NCBI GenBank assembly: GCA_038087875.1
Contig: CM075979.1
Coordinates: forward strand, 85,498,001-85,562,000
Source: Malacoraja senta
Taxonomy: Eukaryota
Length of the DNA: 64,000 nucleotides
Reading direction: 5' to 3'
In this document: in pieces, positions 1-13,835 of the stretch
Layout of the letters: the number at the start of each line of letters is the position of its first letter
How positions within the stretch are numbered: position 1 is the stretch's first letter
Translations under genes and position numbers: made by a program
The notes under the pieces: model-generated
Told to the model about the DNA's origin: nothing
Seen by the model: only the letters and a program-made list of their open reading frames with translations
Databases searched by the model: none

Positions 1-39
1 ATTCGTAGTGTACTCAATTATAGCAAAAAAAGATTACAG

Positions 40-1110
40 ACTTTGTGATGGCTCAGAAAATGGTGAAGTAGATAGAATTACCGCAAATGGAGTCCAATAT
101 GTGGAAGGGCGAGAAAGTAAACTTCTAGACTAATCTGATTTGCTATAAATTACACAATTTAAAAAATATAAATGAGAAGAGAGATCATATTACCCATAAA
201 TGCTTAAAAAAGTAGCAGGGTGAGTTGAAAAGATGGTTTTAAAAGCATGCCATTTACTCAGCATTACATCAGGTCAATAGAATATGTAGCAAAGTGATAA
301 AGCTGAAAGCATTTCAATTTATGACTGAGTTCAATGTAATACTTGAGGGGGAAAACGGGAAGCACCAAATAAAATTCTGGATTTGGTTAAGATCAACTTT
401 AACTAGATAAGAAAGGAAAGGGAAAAAACAGAGAATTGTGGACCAGTTAGTCTAACATCTGTTGCCAGGAAATTACCCGTTTGTGTTTAAAGATAGAGTG
501 TCAGGACATTGGAAATTTGCAACTGGTCTGAGGTAGTTAGCATGAGTTCTTAAAATAAGTCATGCTTGATGAACCTGATTGAATTTGTTGAAGAGCCTAA
601 AGTGGACAGACAGCAAATGCTATTTATATGGGCTTACAGAAAGCATTTGATGAAGTCCCTCGGGGGAGATTGTTGGCTAGAGCTGAAACTCGTGGAATTG
701 AAGGTAAATTATTGATTGGCTTAGGAAACTGGTAGAGTGTCAGGAAAAAGCAGTCGGAAAAAAAAAGATCAAGAATGCTAATTGGCAAGAATTTGCAGGT
801 AATGCCCCAAGAGTATTCACCGCATTTATAAAGGACTTAGATGATGGGATAAAAGACCTCATATCTAAGACTGCTAATTACACAAAAGTAAGCAACAGTG
901 TAAGCAGTGAAGATGAAAACTTTAAATAAAAGAGAAATATTAATTGATACTGCACTAATTGGATGGTCATAGAAGTGGCATATGGCATTTGTTCTGCAAA
1001 AAGTGGTTTAGCCGAGGCCAAACATGGTAAGGAAATCTCCAATAAATGTTTGGATACTTGAAAGTTAAGAGGAATAATAGGATCTTGATGTGCATGTCCA
1101 CAGATCCCCA
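40..1110 (+). mobile_element. Highly decayed CR1 LINE ORF2 (RT) fragments
   Basis: Broken frames read KGREKTENCGPVSLTSVARK, SCLMNLIEFVE, YMGLQKAFDEVP, matching the intact CR1 RT at 17707-19428; boundaries approximate. Confidence 0.75.
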
Positions 1111-1743
1111 AAACAATGCTTCACTTATTTTCTGTCAGTCTAAATGTTCACTATTGTCACTTAATTTACACTAATAGTAATTGAACGCTTTTCTGAACAA
1201 GACTACAAACTTGTATGGTGTACAGTGTCTGTCAATTGTGTTAAAGCACTCCTGATAATACAACATTAAAAAACTTGCAAACAACTACCAGAAATAGCAG
1301 AACATGCATATTATAACGATAACTTAAGCCATTAGAACATTTTTTACCCTCATGTATATTTTGTGAAATTATAATTTTAGCCATATCTGAACCCACCTGC
1401 ACTATTATCCACTTCATCTGAGAGTTTAATGGTGTAGTGCAAACCCAATGTTCAGCCTAATTATGTCAGTTTCCTGCCACACGGTTTAGTTTAACATGAC
1501 TTCCTTTATATTTTTCAATCAGATCATATTCCAGCAAAAGTGGCAACATTTGAAGTTAGAGTTCCTGTGAATTACTGATAACTGTCAAGTCAATTTTGGT
1601 AACCAGGCCCTTATTTGGCTCCGAGTGCCAGGGTGAGATAATATGTCCCCATGCAAACCACCTCCTCAATGATGCAGCTTGCAGCTCTAAAGATCTGAGA
1701 GTAAGTTAGACACAGAAGCTTCCAAATACTTTGATCCCCGATC

Positions 1744-1911
1744 TTCAGAAGGAGTTAGATAGAGCTCTAGGAGTTAGCGGAATCAAGGGATATGGGGAGA
1801 AGGCAGGCACGGGTTACTGATTGTGGATGATAAGCCATGATCACAGTGAATGGCGGTGCAGGCTCGAAGGGCCGAATGGCCTCCTCCTGCACCTATTTTC
1901 TATGTTTCTAT
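1744..1911 (+). mobile_element. CR1 LINE 3' end
   Basis: GGATATGGGGAGAAGGCAGG...GGCTCGAAGGGCCGAATGGCC...CCTGCACCTATTTTCTATGTTTCTAT, the same terminus as the 17089 copy. Confidence 0.9.
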
Positions 1912-3719
1912 AACATTTTACTTTCCCAAAGTGCCTCACCTTTATCCCCTCCAAATGAAAACTGACAGACATAAATTGTTGTCTTAGATATTGCTGCTAG
2001 AAGACAAGGGAGTACAATAATGCACGTAGAACTTGGCCTTTTGGACTATCTGCGAGGAACATTTCAATCATTTATATCTGATATTTTCAATCAGATATTC
2101 AGTTATTCATATCATTACACTAAAGGTTTAATTTAAATGAAATTTGTGCCTTGAATATGGCCTGCGGAGAAACTTTGCATGTTTGGCCCTTTGCCATTCA
2201 CTGAGACCACAGGTCTCAGGCCTGTGTGCATACGAAAGGCAGCTCAGTCCCTAAAATTCTACAATGGTACAAATTATCTGTGTCAATTATTAGCTCATGG
2301 AAATTCTCATCTATCATGCAAATCTAGTGGTTAATGAAACATTCTTATAAAGTCCAAAAATAAACTTTAACAATATCTGCAGATCAATATTTAAACAGAA
2401 CAGAAATTCATATTTAATCATTAACACAAAATGCATGCAAGTGTGTCAGCCATCTGTTATTCTCACCTCCACACCTAGTTTGCCAGTAGCAACCGAACAT
2501 AAATTCCTGCCCCAAGTTCTATAGGTCAGTCTCCTAGTTCACCAAATAGCAAAATCATCACAAAAAGATCCTGAGAAAATCCAGTAAAATATCTGAGATA
2601 AGTCAATACTTGAGCCGTGTAGGAATATTATACTTATTTTAAATGCAACAAATGCCAGAAGAACTCCAAATGTTGCTTTGGGTTGGTGGGTGGGGACAGG
2701 ATCTGTCTGTCATTCCTTGTCAAACACAGATCACATGTTTGTTTCCAAACATTTGCCAACTTCACTGCTGGCCAAAATGATGTGACACAAGCAGTCCCAA
2801 ATTTTTTTTAACCTGCAAATGAAGTAACATCACTTCCACCTTATTGTACAATCCATAATTTGAACTGTAATAGGTATTTGCCTGCCCTCCGTAAATTTTG
2901 TCATAATATAAGCAAATCATTAGCATTGAGGCCTTGCTTTTTCATAGCATTGCCATCTGCTGGAAGCCACATTTCACTACAAATTCTTTTCAATATAACA
3001 TTCATAAATAAATCACTTCCCGCTCAGAGCATGCAACTAAATCTGATTTCTCATCTTCTGAATCGAGTTACATGCCTTTTCACTTCCAGGTCAGTCATTT
3101 CAACAAGCACAGAGAAGGCGTGGCCAGCAATCACAGATTTTGCTGCATTGAAATCAATCGTGATTTTAAACCCATTTTTAAATCCAAACAATTGTGCAGC
3201 TACATTACAAATTAAATTTATAAAAATTATAAAGTCTCACCGTCAATAAGCAGGAAATAATAATTGTATATTAAACATTCTAAAATACAACTAAAAAAAC
3301 AAATTCACTGTACATAAAATAAGAACACGTCAATTTTGAACCAGGTAAATGTATTAAAAAGATAAATGCTAAACCGTAACCACCCAGAGTCTATTTAAAT
3401 AATGTGTTAATCATTTAATTCTCTACGGTCTAGTCCACACCATTTCCCTCAAAAAAATAATTTAGTTAGAATTTTTTCCTGCCTGTGCCAGTATCAGTAC
3501 TGATTTTTTCTTCCTCAATTACCACAAGGAATACTTTCCATCTCTATCAGTTTCATTATAATATTCTAGAAACCTGGTGCATTAGGGAAATTGCATATTT
3601 TAATTTGTTTTTGCACTTCAGCATTTCCCTCTTTCTTTCTATTTTTCCTTCAAAATTAAAAAAAACTGTCATCTCTTCTTATGCTCTCCCAGGCTGCGCC
3701 CAGCCCTAATCAACTTTAA

Positions 3720-3840
3720 AACGGGTACCATGCCAAAAGGTTATCTGTCCATTTCCCTCCACAGATGCTGCCCGACCTGCTGGGTTGCTTCAGCAGTTTG
3801 TGTTTCCTCAAGCTTACATCATCTGCAATATCTTGTTTCT
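3720..3840 (+). mobile_element. Decayed Penelope-derived terminal arm
   Basis: CCACAGATGCTGCCCGACCTGCTGGG...CAGCAGTTTGTG matches the arm of the family at 5757 and 46752. Confidence 0.65.
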
Positions 3841-4440
3841 TAATTACTTTCTTCACTGGGAAAGTATCCACATTGTCAGCATAGCATTGAGAAGGAACTA
3901 CAACTAAAGAATCACAATTTCCATGATGTTGACTTCACAGTTCCCAGCTACATGTCTCATTTTCATACTTTTAATCTTTCTTTATATTTCTACCAACTTC
4001 CACATTGTTTCTTCTCTCTTTGGTTATTTTCATCACTTCTTTTCATATTTCCCGTGTCCCTATTTCCCTACTTCTTCCATATTTGAATTGATTTCTCCCA
4101 AAACTATTGGGAAGCAGTAAGGAAGGAAGAAGGGACAAGAGACACAGTTCCAAACTGATCTTTACTCAGACTCTTGTGTAAGAGTGCTTATCAAAAGCTT
4201 TCTCAATGTCCATGCAAACATACAAATGTCTTTATTTATCAAGTTATTTCAAATTTTTTAAAAAATCATCCAAGTTTGTCAGACACACTTTACTTCTTAC
4301 AAATCCATGCATTTCCTTCTCATGAGTATCTGCCTACCAAAATATTCAGTCATTTCTTCTATAAGAACTTGGAATCTAACTTATACCATGTTTCATAAAA
4401 ATATTGCATTTTGAAAATCACCACCCTGCCTTAAGTATCC

Positions 4441-4726
4441 CAGAATAAGGGGTAAGCCATTTAGAACGGAGATGAGGAAGCACTTTTTTACACAGAGAGT
4501 TGTGAGTCTGTGGAATTCTCTGCCTTGGAGGGCGGTGGAGGCTGGTTCTCTGGATACTTTCAAGAGAGAGCTAGATAGGACTCTTAAAGATAGCGGAGTC
4601 AGGGGATATGGGGAGAAGGCAGGAACAGGGTACTGATTAGGGATGATCAGCCATGATCTCATTGAATGGCGGTGCTGGCTCGAAGGGCCGCATGGCCTAC
4701 TCCTGCACCTATTGTCTATTGTCTAT
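4441..4726 (+). mobile_element. CR1 LINE 3' end (young)
   Basis: ORF2 C-terminus (RIRGKPFRTEMRKHFFTQRVVSLWNSLP) plus 3' UTR and (ATTGTCT)n tail; near-identical to 34546-34920 and 9159-9310. Confidence 0.92.
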
Positions 4727-5756
4727 CTAGCATTACATACTCTTGGACAAGGAAGAACTGGTGCTATATCAGTTGCTATCCAAAGCAGAAGGCTGCCAAG
4801 CTGCAAATGGAGAATCACCCGTATTAATCACATACACTGTAGATGTTTTGAACACTTATCTTATACTTAACTTTGTCACCTGTAAATATTGATGCACTAA
4901 AAGTTATAAATCAACGTAATACAAAGATAATGATGGATAATGCTATTTGGGAGATTAAAAGTACATTTCAATAAGTGATCTACACAAAGGTTAGAACAAT
5001 TCATAGTTTATTACAGAATATAATAATACCATATCTAGCTTTATTTTGTGTCAAAACTGATGTTATTTGCTGTTATGCTCTGGCATACACTATCCAATTC
5101 TTCACCCACCATGGACTTATGAACTGCAGAAAATGCAATTTCATCACAGAGGAAAACATTATCTTCAATTCCACTAAATACAGATAAATAAAGCAAATGG
5201 AGATATTTGGAAACATAAGAACAAACTTCCATCCATCATTTTTGTTTACTGTAAATATTACATTCTCATTAAATACTCTGTTATTCTAGAATGCTGAGAC
5301 TTGACAAGTCTCTTGTATGATGTCTTCAATGTAATCACTGGACTTGAAAAAGTGAAAAACTTGAAATTACACATTTAAATCTTCCCCCATTATCAGTGGA
5401 GTGAACAGTTTCATCAATGGCACTTCAGTCTTATAGTGAATATTGCAACTAGCCCTCCTTGCTGGACATGGCAGGAAAGCTTGTTACAATATAATCTACA
5501 GGTATTGCCGTGACAAAATAGTTGCCTACCGAAGAAACCTCATATTAGAGAAGCAATTGAGTCAATGAGGAAAAGGAGTTGGGGGTCAGACAATTTCAGA
5601 CTTGCAAAAACAAAAATATTTTTTTCTGCAGAATTCTCAAAAATAGGGGTCTTTTTAATACCTATAAGTTTATTTTTGTTACTGGGAGTGAAAAACACTA
5701 AAGCTGTACATGACATTGTTCCACAGCATTTCATTGTACAAGTATCAATAAAAGCA

Positions 5757-5972
5757 TGTGTAGGAAAGAACTATAGATGCTGGTTTAAATCGAAGGTAGA
5801 CACAAAATGCTGGAGTAACTCAGCAGACAGGCAGCATCTCTGGAGAGAAGGAATGGGTGACGTTTTGGGCCGAGACCATTCTTCAGACTCTGAAGAGGGG
5901 TCTTGACCCGAAACATCACCCATTCCTTCTCTCCAGAGATGCTGCCTGTCTCCCGAGTTACTCCAGCATTTT
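5757..5972. mobile_element. Penelope-derived fold-back palindrome with two divergent hammerhead-like cores
   Basis: Arms of about 85 bp are reverse complements around 5887-5889; cores at 5859-5886 (-) and 5890-5917 (+); flanked by GTATCAAT(A/C)AAAGCA at 5742-5756 and 5973-5987. Confidence 0.85.
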
Positions 5973-6883
5973 GTATCAATCAAAGCAAATGCTTGTGAAT
6001 CTCACTGGCTCGCTGCGATGATACTGACAGACTGTGTTCTTAAGAAACAATGCCGTTTGATTACTGTGGGGAGTTTACATGGAAACATATCTTTCCCCAA
6101 GACTGTTTTTTTCCAAAGCTGCTTTTTATTCTGCTTGTCAATTTCCAGATTTACTTGTGAGTGGTTCTCTAGTTCCGGATCGAAATCAGGCTACAACCAA
6201 TACAGCAGGCATAATACAAATAGTATTCCCCAATTCATCAAACATGTTATATCCAATTTGCATTTTGGAAACACACGTTGTCAAAGAATTACCTGTACTT
6301 CCGAAAATACTTTACCTTTAAGGATAAATGTCTGCTTCTGTTTAACCCACTGTAGTATCATTTTTGTTTTAAAAGCATTCAGATACCCAGCAAGGTGCCT
6401 GGTCTTGCTTGGTGCTTTTCTCTTTAACCATACTCTTTGGTTACTTTTAGTTTAGCATTCTGGAACTATTTTAGTAAAATATAATGAATTTTATACGTTG
6501 GTGGAATGTTTCCTTTCTGTTCCAAAAAAATGAACTACTAAGAAAATAAATATTTCCCCAAAAAGTAAAAACGAAAAATCAAAATGATTGTGTTCTCACT
6601 TTTCCTTCTCCATGACATTTCTCCTTAATCGTTTGACTCCACTTGCAAAATAATCAATGATTGAAGCAATTCTGGTTAGTACCCAATGGCTGGGCATCTG
6701 GCAGAAGGAAGCAGAAGGAAGTCAATGATGAGCCCTAACAAGGCACAAACAAAAATAATACATGCTTCCTGTTTTGGTGCTCTTCCCACTGCATAATACA
6801 ATCTTCAACATAGCTCTCTAGATGTTGATGTTGTTTGAATACTTACAGAATCTGTCGACTTAAATCTCTAGCATAATATTTTC

Positions 6884-7240
6884 ATAGAACATAGGACAGT
6901 ACACCCCAAGAACAGGCACTTAGCCCACAATGTTTATGCCGAACATGATGGCAAGACCATCTCTTATCTACCAGCACATAATCCATAACTCTCCATTCCC
7001 TTCACATCCACATACCTATCCAAAAGTCTTAAAAGTTCCGGGCATTCACCACCATCTCTGTGAAAAAGCTTGCCCCTCTCTTTTAAGCTTTGCCCCTCTC
7101 ACTTTAAAGTTATGCACTCTTTTATTTGATTTTTCCACCCTGAAAAAAAATCTGTGTACTCTTCCTAAGCCTCTCATAATTTTACATATTGCTATCAGGT
7201 CTCACTGCAACTCTAGCATTCCAAAGAATACAATCCAAGT
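6884..7240 (-). mobile_element. Older CR1 3' end
   Basis: CATAGAACATAGG tail and GCCCCTCTCACTTTAAAGTTATGC, antisense of a CR1 ORF2 C-terminus. Confidence 0.75.
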
Positions 7241-7904
7241 TGCAGTTCATTGTAGCTGAAAGAGTATGTCTTCAATTGGATAGTACTGTGAAGCTATATG
7301 TGGTTAGCAACATTTTATCAGACCTTCATATTGAATATTACTTAAATGGAAGCAAGCTAACCAAATCTGTATTACATTTCACTACTGCTTTCATGGTCAC
7401 TAAAATTCAGATTTCCTGTTGAGGAAGGGGAAAAGGTCAGGATCACTGCGTTTGATCACTATAATGTTAATCATAAGGAAACAATATGACTGTTTCAGCA
7501 CAATACAGGCTTGCAAACTGACATAAAAGGCTTGGGCAATAGTAATACTTTTACTTTTAATACAATTAAGGTCTGCACATGTTATATTGTGATGAAACCT
7601 ATATGCAGTTGCATTGAATTTGTGATAGCATACAAACTTTGTTGCTGCCAGACTAGGGTTATCATGTTCAAAGTGGGCGACAGACACACATTATTAAAGG
7701 CAGCTCCGAATGGTTTCAAATGCATCCACTAGCAAAATTGTTGGATCTGATACTTTTTCCTTTTGACAATTTCTTGAGCTCAGTTCTTGGGGTCAATGCC
7801 TATAGCCATTATTCGTGAAGCTGACACTTTACAAAATGTTCCATGCAAAGCTATTCCATAAGTATTATGAACAGACAACATTTTGCATCAATTACAAGTG
7901 TCCA

Positions 7905-8335
7905 GAACCCCAACCTGAAACATTGTCTGCCCATTTCCCTCTGCAGATGCTGCCTGGCTTGCTGAGTTCTTCCAGCAGTTTGTTTTAAGGGCCTGCCCCA
8001 CTTACGTGACGTTTTCGGCGACTGCCGGCACACGTCATAGGTCGTTAAAGGTCGCCGAAATTTTTTAACATGTTGAAAATCCAGCAGCGACCAGAACAAG
8101 GTATGACTCTTTGGGCGACTACTCACGACCATACAGGCTTCACCCCGCGACATGTCGCCAGGGTGTTGCCTGTATGGTCGCGAGAAGTTTCCTAGTCACC
8201 CAAAGAGTCGTAGAGTCTTTCTGGTCGCCGCTGAATTTTCAACATGACGGGTGCCGGCAGTCGCCGAAAAAGTCGCGTAAGTGGGACAGGCCCTATAGGG
8301 CCTGGATTCTAACATCTGCAGTCTCATGTCTCCAG
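7905..8335 (+). mobile_element. Penelope-derived arm split by a MITE
   Basis: CTGCAGATGCTGCCTGGCTTGCTGAG...CAGCAGTTTGTT stops at about 7987 and resumes as GGATTCTAACATCTGCAGTCTC after 8294. Confidence 0.7.
7988..8294. mobile_element. PIF/Harbinger-like MITE, 307 bp
   Basis: TIRs AGGGCCTG(C/T)CCCACTTACG..TTTTCGGCGACTGCCGGCAC (about 43 bp), a second internal inverted pair, TTA/ATA flanks, CpG-rich relative to its surroundings. Confidence 0.75.
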
Positions 8336-9158
8336 AGATTTTTTAAATATAGTCTTTGAATGTCATCTAGCAACTCATTTGTGCTTGCCCTGTAGCATTT
8401 CTCACATAGCCAGGAATACCACCCACTCTTTAGTGAGTACAAAATATTTTAAAAGGGGCATTTTAAAAATGCGATTGTTCCGAGGGATGCTAAAATAGGA
8501 ACAATCAATGAATTCAAATTTAAGAAATAGAATTTTAGTTTCTCTTCTATACTAATGAGATAGTGGATTTTTCCTTGAGTTTGTTTTACCTATTAATAGG
8601 CTTGGTGAGAAGAATTATAATCTTCCAGTCATGTTGCAAAATAAATTGTAATGTGCCAACAGGAGGGAAATACAGGAATGACATCAAATGAATATACGCT
8701 ACTCACTGGTTGCTCAAAGCAACTATGGCAGAGACTGTAGAGATATCTATGAAAGTTTTCAATCAATCTTATACAAGTGCCCAGACTAAAGGGACTCAAT
8801 TCCATGAAGGGGAATTGTTATAAATTACAATGGGACAAACAACTAACATAACAAGATTTCATTTAAATATTTAACTGGACAGCAGTAACCTTTATAAGTG
8901 TATGGGATTAGTAAGAATGGGAATTCATACAATATTCCATGGTTTTAACGGTGCTCGCTGTTTTAATTTCTGTAATATAAAAAAATAACAATGGGTGATT
9001 AAAAGTTCCTTTGCTGGACTTACATAATTGTAGAATGTCCAGGTTTAATGAACACTAAAAACTCCATTGAAACAGATAGACACAAGAAAATGAGTTTGCC
9101 TAATCTCCCATTTCACCCAACAGTGTGAGAGAGTAAATTAATAAATGCAGTTAGAATG

Positions 9159-9310
9159 GCTAGATAGGGCTCTTAAAGATAGCGGAGTCAGGGGATATGG
9201 GGAGAAGGCAGGAACGGGGTAATGATTGGGGATGATCAGCCATGATCACATTGAATGGCGGTGCTGGCTCAAAGGACCAAATGGCCTACTCCTGCACCTA
9301 TTGTCTATTG
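9159..9310 (+). mobile_element. CR1 LINE 3' end (young)
   Basis: Near-identical to 4570-4720. Confidence 0.9.
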
Positions 9311-10184
9311 ATGAGAAGAATGTAGATGCTCTGCTCATTTCATTTTCAATAATATTTATTTCTGTCTTATGATCAGGTTCAATTACTGTTCCAATACTCA
9401 GTTCCCACGATGATATTAGCACCATTCATTGCACAATTACTTTTTCTCCTGTAAGTACTTTTCAGAGCCTCCTGTAAACTCAGTTCTTCAACAATATTCA
9501 AAATGTACAATTGTACATTTCTATGTCCATACATGTTGTAGTTTAGCTAGATTAAAGGCAAATGTTAAATATATGTTATTACGCAATACATGACCCTACA
9601 TTGATTAGCACGTGTAGGAATGGAGGTGTAGGAAGTGAATGACTGACTCCTGTATCAACGTCTGGATGTAAGTGGTGACTCTGCCAGTGCTTCAATGCAC
9701 CCACTCATTTGCTGGTCAGAATGCAGGTTGGTTGGAATTGCAGCAGAACATACTTTGCCTGGGATGAATTTAAAAAGACGTGCACACTGACAGCAAGAGA
9801 TTTTTGCATCTGGGATTGGATTGTTTCTTACATTCTTTGTGGGTGAACTCAGATTGCAAGCAGCTGAATGTGAGATTTATGGTTAAGGCTTAGATTATTG
9901 TATCAGATTGTTCCAACTTGTTTAACCATTTACATACAGGACTGAGTGATGATTCAGTTAGATAACACCAGAGTGTAGTACAAATGGCTACAGATCTCCC
10001 ATTGATGAAAGTAGTTTAACTCACTTGCAGCAAGGCAACTGGCAAATTATGTGATGACACGCTTCAATATTAACTTCATATGTCCCTGATTTACTTAAAA
10101 TTAAAAGGGTTTTTTCAAAATCTTTTGTCATGCAGAGAATGGGAATAATTGTTGTCTTTATCTCCAGGAATTAGAAATGTCAAA

Positions 10185-10645
10185 CGAAGAAATAAAAACG
10201 GTAAGTACTTGAACTATCCAGCAAATCAGGCAGCATTATGTAGAACAGGAAACAGTTAACGTTTTTAGTCAATGATCCTTCATAGGAACTGGAGAAGTGA
10301 GAAAACAAGGGACTTTTAAGTTGTAGAGAGGGAGAGACAGAGAGCGTGCAACAAAAAGAATATGCTGAAACTGGAAAAGGCACAACACAGGTCCAGCATG
10401 TTCTTCTGATTTTCTTATTCTTACTTTCTCTCTCACTGCCCTCATTCTCAAAGCATTGTGTCACCTGGGTAGCCATGATCCCCACCCTATTAGTAACATA
10501 CTTTTGATCACCACCCATCCCCCTTTTGCAATTTAAAACACACTTGTTTTCTCACGTAATAAAATCATTAAATGCTGGAAACACTCAGCAGGTCAGGCAG
10601 CACCTGTGGAAAGAGAAACAGATGCTGCCTAACTTGCTGAGTGAG
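10185..10645. mobile_element. Old Penelope-derived arm fragments
   Basis: CAGCAAATCAGGCAGCAT and the mini-palindrome ACTCAGCAGGTCAGGCAGCACCTG...CAGATGCTGCCTAACTTGCTGAGT. Confidence 0.6.
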
Positions 10646-11490
10646 ACCTCAGTGGTAAGAAGGCTTCATGTGGCAGACTGCCAAATCTCCACTCCCTGAA
10701 GACACTGATAGCCTTTGCCAAGACGAAAGGCAGGGGGGCAGAGCCTCAGCTCCTCAGAAAACCTGGAAGGCCTTGCAATAGGTTTCAAATGTCTCCGATC
10801 TTCACATAATTTCAATGATTTTTGGTTGCTTTATATATTTGAAAATAATAAACATTATTAAAGCACTAAACAGTAAAAATATTGAAATAAAGTGAAAAAG
10901 TATGACATTAATGAATAACCAAATGTGTATTTTATATCTAATCTACAGGACCAGAATTTTCAAGAGCGGTGGATTTGCACAACTCCAGGTCTCACTTTAC
11001 TTAAAACACTCAAGCCCTGGATAACCATTTCGTTTTGGGACTGTGAAACATTTGTACAAAGTCTTGATTGGACTCCATTCACATTGGGCACTGACTTTCA
11101 GGAAGGTGCCATTGAATGCAGATTCCCATGTTTCAACCAGTGTCCTCAGAATCATATGGGATGGTAGTAAAAATTAGGTTTGCATTCCTTCAGTATAGAA
11201 ATGAAGGGTCGTTGAAACAAGGTGTGCAAAATCATTCAGCTAGGTAGATGCAGAGAAGCAACTTCCACCAGTGAAAGAACACATATCAAAACGACATCAC
11301 TTCAAAACAATGCTTGGGCCATTTGGGATTAAACGACAAAGCACATTTTCATGTAAAGGATTTGGGTAAACAGAATCAAGCTATTTCACCTGCTGCCATT
11401 TATTCTTTGCTCCCTCTGAATCTCCAAATTTAACATTTGTGTTTGCCTATCTCCATACACTTGCACTTGAATTGTTAATGTAAGACAAAA

Positions 11491-11600
11491 CCCCCCCCAC
11501 AATTTTGAAGAAGGGTCCTGACCCGAAACATCACCCATCCCTTTTCTACAGAAATGCTGCCTGACCTGCTGAATTACTCCAGCACTTTATGTCTATCTTC
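11491..11600 (+). mobile_element. Penelope-derived arm with hammerhead-like core
   Basis: TTGAAGA-AGGGTC-CT-GACCC-GAAAC-ATC at 11505-11532, followed by the family arm. Confidence 0.8.
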
Positions 11601-11827
11601 AACACAATTTGGCAGATTAGTTTGGCTTGGCTGAAATGGTTTCAAGATCTAGGGGCCATCATCCACTCTGTATGGTACCAAAATTATATCCCTTTAGTAT
11701 AGCCATGACTAGTTCAGTTGCCTGATACTTGTTATTTTAACCATAGCTTATGGGGAAAGCCACCTTACAGGTCTGCTGACAAGCAATGATGGATATAACT
11801 ACAACAAGCTAACATGTTTTACAGTTA

Positions 11828-12440
11828 CAGAGACTGCAGATGCTGGAATCTGGAGCAAATGAACAAACTGTCAGAGGAACTTAGTGGATAAGGTGCAACT
11901 ATGGAGAGAAATGGACAGTCAACGTTTTGAGTAGAGTCCCTTCACTTCATCATTATCCACGTGAAGGGTCTCAACACAAAAGATTGACTGTCAGGTCCCC
12001 TCTACAAATGATCTCTAGTGGGTTCAAAGGGCTACATCACCCACCATTCCTCTTAACTGTGGTGACAAGAAACTGCAGGTGCTGGAATCTTGAGCAAAAT
12101 CTGAAGTAGGGTCCCTCCATAGGTGCTGCCTGACCTGCTACCTTCCTCCAACATTATTAGAGGAAGGCAGCAGGTCAGGCAGCGTCTATGGAGGGACCCT
12201 ACTTCAGATTGCCGAACGAGATGAAAGCTGGAAAAGAGAGGATGGAGTGGAGCAAAGCCTGGCAAGTGATTGGTGGAGGCAGGCAAGGTTGGCAAGGTGG
12301 GAGGGGTAGATTAAATGACGAAAGCTAGAAGTGAAATGGAGTCAAACTGTGTCAGATGAGTTATGAAATGTAAAGTCAGGAGAGGGATAAGAGTAGAATA
12401 GGATAAAAGGGTGGGGAAAGAGGGGAAACACAAACATATT
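11828..12440. mobile_element. Older Penelope-derived palindrome plus PLE 3' UTR pieces
   Basis: GACTGCAGATGCTGGAATCT arm starts at about 11832 and 12072; inverted GACAGTCAA/TTGACTGTC; GA-rich tract resembling 37050-37470. Confidence 0.65.
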
Positions 12441-13394
12441 GAAAGTCAGGATCACTGACTTTGTCACTGTTGTCACAAGTCACTGTTTTAAGCCTTAAAA
12501 ATAAATAATCTTTCATTAAAAAAAAATTCAAACAAAAGATACACAACATAATAACCATATTTTATAACCACTAACACCAGTAAGTTCCAATCCATTCATG
12601 CAGATTAATGTGCATATGTACAGCAACTTCCAGTGACTTTGCACAAGCAGTACAATTTGGAAAATGCTGTCTGAGATTGGATCTCCTTGATAAACTCACG
12701 AATATAGCAGCATGCATGGAATTGGGTGAAGATGCTGTACCGTACTAATATATACACACATAAAACACAGCGGGAAAGTTTCAGGCCTTTCACTTCATAG
12801 TAAGTGATCTTCGATGAGGTGATAAGTTTTAGTTACTGTGAATAAGTACTCTCAGCCACTGAAAATCTATTTGAATAAAGGAATTATGCAGATTTTACAT
12901 TGGAGATTTTAAGGAATAAATAAATTATTAAACTTTTTCTCTCTCTTATCTACCTTTCAATCCAGCATTTCCCAACCCCTCAAATTCACTTTCTGAATTT
13001 GACATTAACATTGAAGACTCGGGTTCTGCTCCGATGAATGCGTCTTCAATCCAATTGATTTACGATGCACACAATTGCTTGCCCTGTTCACATGGATCCC
13101 AGATGTCCAATAAAAGGGGCTGATTTTTCATTGGCTGGCAGGAGTTTCAGTGCAAGAGGCAACAAAATGTTTTTATGTATGTAGAACTGTAATGGCTCTG
13201 GCCATTTGCCAGTGGCCACAAAATTAGACCAATTCTCTTTCTTTCATATTTTCTTACTCTTCCTCTGAACTAATCCCTGAGAGGGACAAGGCATCTTCTA
13301 ATGTCACACCATCAAAGCCAAATGCCCCCCTGCCACATCCCTCTTACACTGGCTCTCTCTCACACAGATTCAGATGGCGTTGTGGATGCTAATG

Positions 13395-13512
13395 AAAAAA
13401 GAGAGGGGGAATGAAATAACGAAAAGGGGAGGGGGGTGGATGAGAGATTGAGAGAAGGGGATTGAGAAATGGGGGAATGAGAGAGGGGGGAATGAGAGGA
13501 TGAGAGAGGGGC
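13395..13512 (+). repeat. GA-rich low-complexity tract
   Basis: Imperfect GGGGGAATGAGAGA units. Confidence 0.8.
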
Positions 13513-13835
13513 AAGACAAGATTACTCTTTTTTTTAAGTCAAAGTTACTTTCTACAATTTTTCTCTTGCCTGTAAATTGACCACATTTTTTAAACATTTC
13601 TGTCTGGAACTAAATATCTTAATTTTGCCATTATTTGATAACCAGAATTGCAGCAAAATCTGAAAAAGTCATCCCGTTAACCACAAACTCTCACGTAATA
13701 TCTACCAGAGGTTGCTCCATAATTAAAGTAGGAAACCTAGATTATTTTTCATTGCATAGCCTCGGGGTTCCGAGGTTAGGGGGGAGCACCCTAATCTTGC
13801 TTTAAAAGCTATTCTGCAGGCGTGGTTTAAACAAT

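Noticed and set aside
6149-6156. Possible 8-nt plus-strand microexon (tttccag-ATTTACTT-gtgagt)
   Set aside because: Not frame-preserving, no host gene identified, and it overlaps a competing minus-strand candidate
11498-11610. CACAATTT as a TSD of the 11491 insert
   Set aside because: CACAAT appears to be part of the element's own upstream sequence (compare 17083-17090), so the match may be coincidental
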